Shown one piece after another: positions 11,058 to 20,756 of a stretch of DNA of 64,000 bases; positions within the stretch are counted from its first letter, which is position 1; the number at the start of each line of letters is the position of its first letter. Made by a program: the position numbers and the translations under genes. This DNA is from an uncultured Gemmatimonadales bacterium. GTDB taxonomy: Bacteria > Gemmatimonadota > Gemmatimonadetes > Gemmatimonadales > GWC2-71-9. The stretch is taken from the NCBI GenBank assembly GCA_963844035.1, contig CAWJMT010000027.1, positions 1 to 64,000 of the forward strand, in the 5' to 3' direction. The notes under the pieces were generated by a model. It ran no database searches. It saw only the letters and a program-made list of their open reading frames with translations, and was not told the origin of the DNA.

Positions 11058-13573
11058 CAGCAGGGACCGGTGCCGCTCGGCCGGCGGCAGACACGAATCG
11101 AGTTGGCCGGGTTCATGACGCCGATCCAGAATCCCACCCCGGTCGCACTGTGCCATCCGCCGGGAGACTCGCCGTCCACGAACACCCTGCCGACATCCTG
11201 CGTGGCAAACAGGCCCGCGTTGAGTGGAAGGATGAACGGAAACCTGACGACCGGGACCCGCAGCTCGATGGTCCCGTACACCGATGCATCGCCCGCATAG
11301 CGCTGCGCGTCCAGACTCCGCAGCGTAGTGCGGCCGCCGATGAACGCCGCCTCGTGGAACGGAAAGTCACCGAATACCTGCTTGGCGCCGCCGCGCAGCA
11401 CCACGATCGGGTGCAGCGGGACCGGGATGGTGACATAGGTCGCGACCGCGGCCGCGACGGAGCCAAAGGCGCTGGTCACGTCCCAAATGGCAGGGTAGAA
11501 GCTGCTGCTCGCGTCCACGAGAAACCCGCGGTGCGGATCGGTGGCCTCGTCGCGCTTGTCGTAGTGCAGCAGCATCCGCAGACCCGCTTCGCCGAACTTG
11601 GCGAATCCATAGGGATGGTCGGCCGCGATGAAGCTGCCCGGGAGGCTGTCGGTCGTCGCGTACTGGATCGCGGGCCCGACCGCCAGCTCGCTGTTGGGGC
11701 CGAGGGACCAGGCCACGGCCGGTTGCAGCAGCCATTGCCGCTGCCGGACGTCGTAAAAGGTCGGTCCCGAATCAGAGGTTGCGTTGCCGAGGCCGTGGTA
11801 GCGGATCAGCTCGAGTTCCGACATTCTGGCTACGGCGATGAAGTGCATCGCCGAGCTTTGCCGCCGTTGATCCGTCGTCAGGGCGATCCGGAACGCGTTC
11901 ACACCGGTGGAATACTCGGCGTGGATTCCGGTGACGCTCGAGTACGGACGGTCGCGGAACGCGTACCCGTACTTGCTCACCGACAGGCGGGGGAGGATCC
12001 CTAGGTCGCGGTTGCTCGACAGGCCCGGCGCGGGGACGATACTGTCGCCGTGATCGCGGCTCGGCGGCTCGAGGTGGCCGTATTCCCTGACCCAGGGGAT
12101 CCGGTTGAATGACGTGTCCGGGCCATACGCCACATTCTGCACCGTGCCGACATCGAGCAGCTGCACCCGGCTTCCGTGACCGCCCCCACCGGACGAGTCG
12201 ACCAGCCGGTTCGTGCCGTTGCCACCGATCACCCGAACCACGATGTCCTGCCGGCCCGTGACGGTGGCGGTGTCATCGCCGCCGTGGAGGTACACCCGAA
12301 TCTCGCGAGTTTCCTGCGGGTCGAAGCGACGGACGAAGTACGGTGGATTGCCTCCCGACTCGATGCGCACCTCGACGAACGGGCCTTGGACCCCGGTGAT
12401 GGTGGCGCGGTCGGCGGCATCGGTACCGTGAACGTCCGCGACTTGGGCGAGCATACGGTAGAAGCGGTTCGCCGCCTCCGGCAGCTTGGTGCGGCGCTCC
12501 TTGAGCGCGCTGGCGAGGTGCGGTACCGACGACTGGTATTCCGGTGGCAGCGCCCTGAGCGCGGCGTCGATCACCGAGTCGGTCACCCGTTGCATCAGCG
12601 CGGCCGCCACCGAGTCCCATACGGGCTTCTCCAGGCCGTCCAACATGCGGCGATCGAACTCGAGGCTGTTCCACGTCAGGGCGCGGACGCTCGGGTAGGA
12701 CTCATCGAAGGGGACCAGGTTTCCATTCACCATGCGCGCGATCGTAGCGACCAGCCCGTCGGAGGAGACGAACACCTTGTCGCGGTCGCGCGGAATCGGT
12801 TGCCAGGGATTCGCGACGCCCGATTCCATTCGGGCCCACTTCCACTGGCCGGGGTGCCGGTCCCAGTCGTTCAAGAGCATGTCCATGAGCCGGGCGGCGA
12901 GGAACGCGCGCGTATCGACCTGCTGGCGGGGATCGCTGTAGAGCAGCCGGAGCAGCTCTTCGCTGTCGATGATCTTCTTGGCGCCGGCGAACCCGACGCC
13001 GTGCTTCGGCTTGCCCGGATATTCCTCGATCAGGCCCAGCGTGCCGGCAAAGGCGGGACGAAACTCTCCCAGCAGTGAGTCGTCGGGCATGACCGCGAGG
13101 ACGGGCGTGGCATGGAGCACACCTGCGGCGTCGAGCATCGGCGCGGCGGCGAGCGCCGCCCCGGGATGGCTCGTGCTGACCTGATCGCGAAACACCTTGT
13201 CGACGATGGTCCCTTTGAACGCTGCCGGCGTCTGAACCTTGTCCTTGTCGACCAGCCGGAAGACGTATTCGACTCCGTCGGGGTTGATCAGGCGCAGCGA
13301 CCGCGTCTGGTTGCCACCGCCCGTTTTGACCGGGCGCAGTCCGCCGGCAAAAGTGCGCAGATTCAGCACCTGTACCCGGGTCGGCGTCTTCCACAGGTCG
13401 CGGTAGGTGTCTCCGAAGAACCAGCGGTGCAGGCCGCCCGCTTTGTACCGGACGCCGGCCGCGATCTCGACGCTGTCGGGCCCGGTCGGCGGAGGTGGCC
13501 CGTGGGGTGGGTCGGTCTGCGCCGCCGCGAGCGCCGGCACGAGCGTCAGTAGCGCGGCGACGACGAACTTCAT
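11057..13573 (-). CDS. Omp85/BamA-TamA-type outer-membrane barrel with N-terminal atypical-kinase-like domain
   Basis: Signal peptide; GGGNQTRSLRL, EYVFRLVDK, DMLLNDWDRHPGQWKW, PIPRDRD; C-terminal barrel with YDKRD..PHRGF, IGGRTTLRS..QRYAGD, ELRVP, DVGRVF. Confidence 0.8.
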   Translation of the reverse strand: MKFVVAALLTLVPALAAAQTDPPHGPPPPTGPDSVEIAAGVRYKAGGLHRWFFGDTYRDLWKTPTRVQVLNLRTFAGGLRPVKTGGGNQTRSLRLINPDGVEYVFRLVDKDKVQTPAAFKGTIVDKVFRDQVSTSHPGAALAAAPMLDAAGVLHATPVLAVMPDDSLLGEFRPAFAGTLGLIEEYPGKPKHGVGFAGAKKIIDSEELLRLLYSDPRQQVDTRAFLAARLMDMLLNDWDRHPGQWKWARMESGVANPWQPIPRDRDKVFVSSDGLVATIARMVNGNLVPFDESYPSVRALTWNSLEFDRRMLDGLEKPVWDSVAAALMQRVTDSVIDAALRALPPEYQSSVPHLASALKERRTKLPEAANRFYRMLAQVADVHGTDAADRATITGVQGPFVEVRIESGGNPPYFVRRFDPQETREIRVYLHGGDDTATVTGRQDIVVRVIGGNGTNRLVDSSGGGGHGSRVQLLDVGTVQNVAYGPDTSFNRIPWVREYGHLEPPSRDHGDSIVPAPGLSSNRDLGILPRLSVSKYGYAFRDRPYSSVTGIHAEYSTGVNAFRIALTTDQRRQSSAMHFIAVARMSELELIRYHGLGNATSDSGPTFYDVRQRQWLLQPAVAWSLGPNSELAVGPAIQYATTDSLPGSFIAADHPYGFAKFGEAGLRMLLHYDKRDEATDPHRGFLVDASSSFYPAIWDVTSAFGSVAAAVATYVTIPVPLHPIVVLRGGAKQVFGDFPFHEAAFIGGRTTLRSLDAQRYAGDASVYGTIELRVPVVRFPFILPLNAGLFATQDVGRVFVDGESPGGWHSATGVGFWIGVMNPANSIRVCRRPSGTGPC

Positions 13574-14445
13574 CGCGTCCCCCCCCGCCAGCGATACAGC
13601 GTCAGGGCGGCGGGGGCCCCCTTGGCGAACTCGTCGCTCACGATCAGGATCCGATCGCGCGTGAGCGCAATGCCTTCGGGTTGGGCATGCGTGCCTGGAA
13701 GTGGACGGGCGAAAATCACGTCACCCGCCGGAGTGATCTCGATCAGCGCTTTCTCCCTGGAAGCGACGATCAGATAGTAGCCGTTGAACGGGTCGATGGT
13801 AATGTCCGAAGGGTGCAGCCCATCCCATCGGTTCGAACCGATCACTCGGCGGAGCGGCACGGTCAGTTTGGACAGGCGGGGACCGTTCCCACGCTCGAGC
13901 TTCCAACGAAAGATGACCAGGGAATCCCGCAGAGTTTTGGTGAGGACGTTCTTGCACACGAGCAGCAGCGACCGGATGCCCGAGTCGAACGCCACGCCCT
14001 CGATCTCGCACTCGCGTCCAGCTTTCGTGTCGTGGACGGTGTACGCGACCCTCGCGCCGTTGCCGCCTTCCCGGGCCACATAGATCGTCCCCTTGCTGGT
14101 CACCAGGACGACACTGTCGCCGACGACCGTGATTCCCTCGAAGTCGTCCACCGCGACCGAGCCGCCGAGCGCGAACTGTTTGACCACGACCCCGCGCCGG
14201 TAGTCGATCTCGTACACGTGGCCCAACTCGTCGCCATGCGCGAGCAGCCGTCCGTCGGCGGTGAGCGCGAGACCCGAAATTTCGTCGAGCGTTGGCGGCA
14301 GCACCCACCGCGCGATCGGTGCTCCCGAATCGGGGTGGGCGCGCAGCTTGGTGCTCTCGGTGCCCCTGGTCTCGAGCCGCTGCGGTGCGCTGCAGGCGGC
14401 CACGCTCAAGAATGTGGGGAGGAGCCAAGTGGGAAAACGAAGCAG
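13570..14445 (-). CDS. SdiA-regulated/YjiK-like beta-propeller lipoprotein
   Basis: LDEISGLA, AHGDE, DDFEGIT, EIEGVAFD, HPSDITID, HAQPEGIAL repeats; lipobox SVAAC; start CTG at 14445 after GGAGG (or TTG at 14409). Confidence 0.8.
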   Translation of the reverse strand: MLRFPTWLLPTFLSVAACSAPQRLETRGTESTKLRAHPDSGAPIARWVLPPTLDEISGLALTADGRLLAHGDELGHVYEIDYRRGVVVKQFALGGSVAVDDFEGITVVGDSVVLVTSKGTIYVAREGGNGARVAYTVHDTKAGRECEIEGVAFDSGIRSLLLVCKNVLTKTLRDSLVIFRWKLERGNGPRLSKLTVPLRRVIGSNRWDGLHPSDITIDPFNGYYLIVASREKALIEITPAGDVIFARPLPGTHAQPEGIALTRDRILIVSDEFAKGAPAALTLYRWRGGTR

Positions 14446-14448
14446 ACA

Positions 14449-15121
14449 CTACCTCCGAATGCGTGGCGGCGGCTCGAGGTGCGCGACCAACTCTAGCGGG
14501 TGACTTAGCGCTGGAGTATGGCCGCTGTCAATTTCGTCGGGAACGATACCAAGCCGATCGCGCACCACGCGCCGCAGCCATGTCGCAGGAAACACGCGAT
14601 CGTGACGACAGAGAATGAACCGAGTAGGGACATCGGGCCAGGCAGGGAGTGGCCAGGGCTCCTTCCCGGGCGTGTCCGACTGCCTGCGACCCTTCGCGAG
14701 CGCCGCGGCAGCCAGCGCCGGCTCGACGTCGTGGTAAAAGATCGCAAGATCGCTCGAGTCTTCCTGCTTGGTCGGCGCAAACCCCGTGTTCGCAAACATC
14801 GCTTCAGCCGGCTCTCCCGGGAGCCGGGACCATCGCCGCCACGAGGACCATGAGGATCGCTTGCACCCGATCGCAGACGATCGGTGCGACGCAGCCGCCG
14901 AACGACTGTGCAACAACGACAAGATTCTCGCGGTCCCCGATGGCGTGAATGACAGCATCGGCATAGGCGGCGAGCCCGGCCGTATCGTCGTCAACCGGCA
15001 GGTCCGGCGCCACGACGTCATGCCCCAGCCGGCGCAGCTCGGCCTCGACCAGGTGCCAGTACCATCCCACATCCCCGGCGCCGTGGATGAGAACGTAGGT
15101 GTAACCTGCGTCAGTCGGCAA
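14449..15121 (-). CDS. Alpha/beta hydrolase, frameshifted
   Basis: VLIHGAGDVGWYWHLV, VAPDLP, VVVAQSFGG nucleophile elbow, DRVFP, DSGHTPALSHP. Confidence 0.85.
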
Positions 15122-16726
15122 CGCGGGTGATGGTGAGATGAGGGGCATCACCAGCGGCGCTCGCCCCTGCGCCACCCGAACGCAACTCGTGGCGGTGGAC
15201 CGCCCACCATTGCGCGGCTCGCGCGTTGGTCCAGCGGCCCGCCGCGGCGCACGCGCGAAGACGCTCGCGCAGAACGTGCGCCGAGGCCGGGCGATCCTCA
15301 GGTCGCTTGGCGAGACACGCGAGGAGCACCGCCTCGAGATCCGCCGACACGGGCGCACCGAGCCGAGTGGATGGAGGATCGGGTACCGCATGCAGATGAT
15401 GAGCCACCACTTCGAGGATCGAGCTTCCGCTCGAAGACGTGCGTGCCGGTCAGCAGCCAGTACCCGACCGCGCCGAGCGCATAGAGGTCCGCCCGCGCGT
15501 CGACGGTCTCCGGCGCGGTCACGGTCTCGGGGGCCATGTAGAGCGGCGTCCCCGTGATCGTGTCGGCCACGGTGAGCGCGGGCTCGGACGTCGCGCCGCC
15601 GCTCGTCCGGACGCCGACGTCCTTCACCAGGCCGAAGTCGACGCACCTTCACCAGGTCGGAGATGCCGCCACGATCGACGACCAGGATGTTGCCGGGTTT
15701 GACGTCGCGATGAATGAGCCCGGCGTCGTGCGCCTCGGCGAGCGATGCCGCGGCCTGTTCGAGGAGGTGGATGACGCGTTCCTCCGGCTGTGGACCATCG
15801 ACCTCGACGATCTCGTCGAGCGATGCGCCTTCGAGCAGCTCCATGGCGTAGTAGAAGACGCCGTCGGTCGTGCGCCCGTAGTCGAAGACGGTCACGGTGT
15901 TGGGATGCGTGAGCATCGCGGTGCGCCGGACCTCGCGCTCGAAGCGCGTCAGCGCGTCCTTTCCGGCCCGGTCGGGCAGGCAGGAGCTTGATGGCCGTGG
16001 GCCGGCGCAGCATCGCGTGCGAGGCGCGGTAGACCACGCCCATCCCGCCCTCGCCGAGCTTCTCCTCGAGCGTGTACTGTCCGAGCCGCCGGATGTCGCT
16101 CACCGCCTTGCGCAGACCATAGATCGTCTGCGAAAAGCCGGCCGCCATGGCCACGACGATCGCCCACAGGACGGCGGAGACGAGCGTCGCCGGGTAGGCC
16201 ATGTCGCCCACCTGGCCCTTGGGCCAGATGGCCGCGGGCGGATCATACAGCGCGGGATCCCACGCGCGGAACGCGACGAAGATGCAGCCGAGCAGCGGCA
16301 CCGTCATCAGCGCGGCGACCACCAGCGTGTGCCGCGCGGTGGACGGGACGTAGACCGCATAGACCAGCAGCATGTACGTGAGCTGCCGTACGCACGATCA
16401 TGTCCGGCGATGCGGTCAGGTCCATGACCAGCGCCATCGCCGAGAACGCCGCGGTGCCGACGAACAGCGTCGAGAGCTCGACGGCGCGGACGAATCGAGG
16501 CGATCGCGGCGCTCCACGCAGCAGCAGCCAGAGCGCGGCGAACGCGACCGCCGCCACGAGCAGCGGAACGCTCTGGCGATTGAAGGAGGGCCGATGCAGA
16601 AACCAGATCGACAGGGCGAAGGTCAGCCGCGACGAAGCCCAGGGTCACGCACGCGAGCACCCGACCGAACCGGGACAGCCGGGTCTGCCGCAGCTCGTGG
16701 TCGACTACTCCCTCGGTGGAATCCAT
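15111..16726 (-). CDS. Membrane-anchored Ser/Thr protein kinase, frameshifted
   Basis: Multi-TM N-terminus then LGQYTLEEKLGEGGMGVVY, TAIKLL, IHRDVKPGN, GTPLYMAPE, DLYALG. Confidence 0.9.
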
Positions 16727-16749
16727 GTGCGGGACCCTACCCTTCACGC

Positions 16750-17487
16750 TCAGCGGAAGACCTCCTTCAACAAGGTGGTCACGCGCGCCGCCGGGTCGGT
16801 CCGGATCTTTCTCTCCTCCTCGCTCAGGACATGGAATAGTCCATCCAGCGCTTTCGTCACGACATACGCTTCCAGGTCCACCGTCTGGATGCGAACGAAG
16901 GGCACCGCTTGCGCCCGCCTCGTGAAATCCTTGTACCGGCGAGTCGTCCCGACCTCATTCATCGACTGCTCCACCACAGGCCGGAACGCCGCGGTGAGCT
17001 CGTCAGACGTCTTGCGGCGGAAATACTCCGTCGCGGCGCTGTCCCCGCCGCTCAAGATCTGACGCGCATCGTCAAAGGTCAGCTGCCGTATGGCATTCAC
17101 AAAAATATCCCTGGCCAGTGGCGCGGCGCCTTCCGCAGCGCGGTTCATGCTCAGGATGAAGTCGTCCACCTGCCGTCCATACCCCACCTGCCGCAATCTT
17201 TTTTCGATCGTGCGGAGTTGTGCCGGCATCGGGATCTTGATGGCCTCATTCCTGAAATACCCGTCCACTCTGCCCGTGAGGCGGACCGCATTGCCGGTTC
17301 CCACCTGCAGCGCTTCTTTCAGCCCGGACGCGACCCGCTCCTCGCTCGGTGGGCCGACTTTCAGCCCAAGGCGTTTGCCGAGCGGTCCTAGCTGGGCTTG
17401 CAACTCTGTGAAACAGAGCAAGCCAACTGCGAGAACGACAAGAGATCGTGAAGACGTAGACACCTCGTCCTGAGAGAGGGAGAGCAC
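16750..17487 (-). CDS. DUF4197-family protein
   Basis: [69 protein letters not shown]. Confidence 0.9.
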   Translation of the reverse strand: MLSLSQDEVSTSSRSLVVLAVGLLCFTELQAQLGPLGKRLGLKVGPPSEERVASGLKEALQVGTGNAVRLTGRVDGYFRNEAIKIPMPAQLRTIEKRLRQVGYGRQVDDFILSMNRAAEGAAPLARDIFVNAIRQLTFDDARQILSGGDSAATEYFRRKTSDELTAAFRPVVEQSMNEVGTTRRYKDFTRRAQAVPFVRIQTVDLEAYVVTKALDGLFHVLSEEERKIRTDPAARVTTLLKEVFR

Positions 17488-17504
17488 CCCATACGTTAAC
17501 TCAG

Positions 17505-17597
17505 CGGCGTCTGTGACGCGGCAGCACCTCCATCAGAGAAGACGTTCGTCTGAACGGTGCGCTGTGGGACTTGGCGAAGGAGGTACTTGCGGCCTGA
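17505..17597 (+). pseudogene. Decayed 3' remnant of a DUF932-like gene
   Basis: Translates [29 protein letters not shown], resembling the DUF932 C-terminus (IxxDVxLNxALWxLA); followed by a terminator. Confidence 0.45.
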
Positions 17598-17606
17598 GCA
17601 ATCAGT

Positions 17607-17647
17607 CCAGGGAGGAGGCGTCGATCGGCGCCTCCTCCCTGGGTTTT
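17607..17647 (+). terminator. Rho-independent terminator hairpin
   Basis: 14-bp perfect stem CCAGGGAGGAGGCG/CGCCTCCTCCCTGG followed by GTTTT. Confidence 0.75.
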
Positions 17648-17747
17648 GCTGAGCGGCAAATCGTCGGGCGCCTGTCGATGCGCACCCGCCGCCGCTTAGC
17701 CTCGATTCATGCCGGTGTCACCAAAATCCGACGCGAGATCGACGACT

Positions 17748-18263
17748 TCATGACCGTCCCACGCTCGCGCCCAGGGTGACGAGAAGCTCGTCCAGTTGCT
17801 CGAACGTCTCTCCCATCGCATCCGCCGCCCCGGTGCCGGCGGCGTCGAGAGCTTCCTTCGAGGGATAAAGCTCGTGCATGACCAGCAACGTCTTGCCGCC
17901 TTTTTCCGCGAAGGTCACCGTCGTGACGGAACCCTCGTCACTTTCCTCATTGGTCCAGACGAGGCGCGAGTGCGGTGTTACTTCCTTGTACGTGCCGAAG
18001 AACGCCGCCTGTGAGTCCCCGTGTGCGAACGCCAAACGGTACCTGCCCCCGACACGAACATCCATTTCGCAGGAAAGCAGGGACATTCCCATCGACTTCG
18101 GCACCCACCACTGCCTGAACAGCTCGGGCTTGGTCCACGCCTCGAACACGAGGCGCGCCGGGCCGTTGAAAGTTCGCGTGACGACGAGCTCACGCTCGGA
18201 CTTCCGCTCCACCGTCGTACGGTTCTTCATGGGGGCAACCTCACTCTCTCTTCTTGCGTTCAT
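17748..18263 (-). CDS. SRPBCC (AHA1/START-like) domain protein
   Basis: RELVVTRTFNGPARLVFEAWTKPEL, CEMDVRVGGRYR, RLVWT, TVTFAEKGGKT. Confidence 0.92.
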   Translation of the reverse strand: MNARRESEVAPMKNRTTVERKSERELVVTRTFNGPARLVFEAWTKPELFRQWWVPKSMGMSLLSCEMDVRVGGRYRLAFAHGDSQAAFFGTYKEVTPHSRLVWTNEESDEGSVTTVTFAEKGGKTLLVMHELYPSKEALDAAGTGAADAMGETFEQLDELLVTLGASVGRS

Positions 18264-18606
18264 GGACCTTCTCCTTTCGTTTCAATTCCTCGACAACGTT
18301 GTCCAGCTCGTCGAAGCGTGCGTCCCAGAGCTGGCGGTATCTCTCGATCCATGCAGCTTCCTCCTCCAGTCGGCGCGGGCCGAACTTGCAGGTCCGCACG
18401 CGCCCGACCTTCTCCGTCGAGACTAGCCCCGCCTGCTCCAAAACGCCGACATGCTTCTTCATGCCCGTGAGCGTCATGCGGAACTTCTCGGCAAGGGCCG
18501 TGATCGAAGCGTCTGCACGCCCGAGCTGCTCCAGAACGCCACGTCGGGTGGCGTCGGAGAGCGCGGCGAACGAGGCATCGAAGCGGGTCTTGGTATACTG
18601 AACCAT
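18241..18606 (-). CDS. ArsR/SmtB-family transcriptional regulator
   Basis: FAALSDATRRGVLEQL, MKKHVGVLEQAGLV, KVGRVRTC, WDARFDELD. Confidence 0.92.
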   Translation of the reverse strand: MVQYTKTRFDASFAALSDATRRGVLEQLGRADASITALAEKFRMTLTGMKKHVGVLEQAGLVSTEKVGRVRTCKFGPRRLEEEAAWIERYRQLWDARFDELDNVVEELKRKEKVHERKKRE

Positions 18607-18644
18607 ATGGTTCAGTATTTAACACACGAATAGGCGGCACGCAA
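18595..18644 (-). promoter_or_regulatory. ArsR operator palindrome overlapping start codon plus sigma70-like promoter
   Basis: Perfect 24-bp palindrome ATACTGAACCATATGGTTCAGTAT (18595-18618); TTGCGT-17 nt-TAAATA on the minus strand. Confidence 0.8.
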
Positions 18645-18669
18645 GGGGGGCCGCGCCGCCGGCTTCAAC

Positions 18670-19299
18670 TCAACGCACCACCACCGCCACACCGAGGCGC
18701 GTCACGTATGCGATGACGTCGTCCGCAGGCTGGCCGTTGACCGTCAAATCGCCGAGCGCGGAGATGTGCGTCGCCGCCTGCACCGTCAGCCCGAGACGCC
18801 GGCTGACTTTGACATCGTACCCCACGCCGAGGGCGAACCCCACGCCGGTACTCTGAGTGGACCCGGGCTCGGCACCGCCGGGTCCCCACACGATCCCGTT
18901 CCCGGCGCGCACGAAGAACCCCGTGGCTGGCCACGGATACCACTGCACCATGGCCAGCAGGCTGGACACCTTCTGGCCCCCGCTGCTCGACCACCGCTGC
19001 GCCTGCAAACCGAGCAGCACGTTGCGCGCGGGAGTGAACCCCGCCGAGACCGTCACCGCCGTCCCGTTGGCGGAGACGGCGGTCGGGCAGGTGGCGCAGG
19101 TCAAGCGCAGGCGTCCATACCCGATGCCGGCGTCCCCCCAGAGGCCGCCACCGCGCTTGGGGGTCGGAGTGCGCGCGGGCGATGGCGACGGCACCTGCGC
19201 GCTTGCCGGCAGGGCCGCGAGCGCCACCAGGAGCAGCGCGGCCGCCGCCCGCGCCCTCACTGCGGCTCGGGAGCGGCGGGACGCGGACGCGATCGCCAC
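18670..19299 (-). CDS. Small outer-membrane beta-barrel protein
   Basis: Signal peptide, alternating Gly/aromatic strands (QWYPWPATGFFVRAG, GFALGVGYDV). Confidence 0.7.
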   Translation of the reverse strand: MAIASASRRSRAAVRARAAAALLLVALAALPASAQVPSPSPARTPTPKRGGGLWGDAGIGYGRLRLTCATCPTAVSANGTAVTVSAGFTPARNVLLGLQAQRWSSSGGQKVSSLLAMVQWYPWPATGFFVRAGNGIVWGPGGAEPGSTQSTGVGFALGVGYDVKVSRRLGLTVQAATHISALGDLTVNGQPADDVIAYVTRLGVAVVVR

Positions 19300-20699
19300 A
19301 CGACGTACGCACGGAGCTCGCGGTATGTCCCGGCTTCCTCGAAGCCAGCTGCGTAGGCGCTGCGCCGGATGTACCAGCCGGCGTAGGCGCCCAACCCGAG
19401 CGTCCGCGTCAGGGGCAGCGCGGCCTCGACACTCGGCAGTTGCGTGAAGTGATCGGCCGGCGAGCCGCTCACGGAGTGGACCATCGCCCAGTGATAGCGT
19501 GCGGAGAACACCGGGAAGTGGCGCCGCTGGACCGACAGTGTGAGATCAGCCCCCACGCCGGGACCGAAGTCGTAGGTGCGCGGGGTCCCGGGCTCGCCGG
19601 CCCCCGGAGCATCCACGGCGCCGAGCATGATTGCTTCGGCGTACGCTTCGGTCCGCAGCTCGAACCCTTTCCCGAGCGAGGACCCCGCCACCACCCCCGC
19701 CTCGAGGCTCTGCCCGCCGAACCGGTAGGCGGGGTTCCTGGTGTACTCGAACTTCTGCCGCACCGTGAAGATCGTCCGTACTGAAGCTGACGGGTTCGTG
19801 ATCTCACGCGCGTAGAGCCGCCCGGCGATGCGCAACTCGCCCATGGGGCTCGCTTGGGGGCCGATGAGCGCCCGCGCCTGGAAGACGTCGAACGGCCTTT
19901 GGTACGGCGTCGCGAATGCGTCGCCGTAGCTGAGCTCCGCGACCAGCACGCCCCGGACCTGGCTCGTGCCGGAGACAATTGAGTCCATGGCTTGTCGCAC
20001 CCCGGTCTGCAGCTGCAGCGCGATCGGGGGCGGCAGGTGCTCGCCGGGGTTCGCATACACCCGGGTGAAGTTGCCCTCCACGAGACGCTGGAGACCTCCG
20101 GCCGGGTCGAGCGGCAAGGCGACCAGCTCGCGCAGCACGCGGCCCGCGCCGCGCGCCTGGTTATCACGAATCAGCGTGACGAGGCGGTAGACCGTCTCGC
20201 CCACGATGATCCCGCCGAATCCCGTGTTGTAAAGGTCGTTCAGCGAGGGTTTGGTCGTCTCGCCGAAAAACTCCCACATGGCCGAGCCAAAAAAGGCGAG
20301 CGGCACCGATTCCCAGAAGTTGAGGCCGTTCGTGCGCCCGCTGCGGAAGTACGCGCCTCCCTGGTACGGGTGCCCGAACATGTTGATGACAAAGTTGTCG
20401 GCGTCCCACACCCAGCCGGTACGGATGTTGTTGCTCCAGGAGTGCGGTGAGACGCGCGCCCAGTAGCCTTCCACCGGGTCGTGCATGTTGAGGACCCAAG
20501 CATTGACCCGGTTCATGAAGACATTGCTGGCGACCACATAGAGCACCGCCGCCACCGGCCGCTTGCGCGGGCAGCCGGGGCACGCGCTGTCGGTGCGGGC
20601 GGGCTGCGGGGCGCTCGAGGGATGGTGCTGCGCATGCGCGACTGCGGAGGCCGTGACGACGGCCCCGAGGACCATCAGAGCAAGGCAGGATCCGCGCAC
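19257..20699 (-). CDS. DUF3943-domain outer-membrane protein
   Basis: WVWDADNFVINMFGHPYQGGAYF...NFWES...GSAMWEFFGETTKPSLNDL; beta-strand-rich C-terminus. Confidence 0.8.
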   Translation of the reverse strand: MRGSCLALMVLGAVVTASAVAHAQHHPSSAPQPARTDSACPGCPRKRPVAAVLYVVASNVFMNRVNAWVLNMHDPVEGYWARVSPHSWSNNIRTGWVWDADNFVINMFGHPYQGGAYFRSGRTNGLNFWESVPLAFFGSAMWEFFGETTKPSLNDLYNTGFGGIIVGETVYRLVTLIRDNQARGAGRVLRELVALPLDPAGGLQRLVEGNFTRVYANPGEHLPPPIALQLQTGVRQAMDSIVSGTSQVRGVLVAELSYGDAFATPYQRPFDVFQARALIGPQASPMGELRIAGRLYAREITNPSASVRTIFTVRQKFEYTRNPAYRFGGQSLEAGVVAGSSLGKGFELRTEAYAEAIMLGAVDAPGAGEPGTPRTYDFGPGVGADLTLSVQRRHFPVFSARYHWAMVHSVSGSPADHFTQLPSVEAALPLTRTLGLGAYAGWYIRRSAYAAGFEEAGTYRELRAYVVWRSRPRPAAPEPQ

Positions 20700-20756
20700 A
20701 TATAACGTTGCCCCGGCACGCTGCTCGCGACCATCGCCCGCCGGACGGATGACCGA

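Noticed and set aside
14804..15916. Kinase-hydrolase fusion
   Set aside because: Frameshift product; the kinase ends at 15111 in another frame and the hydrolase has a plausible own TTG start at 15121
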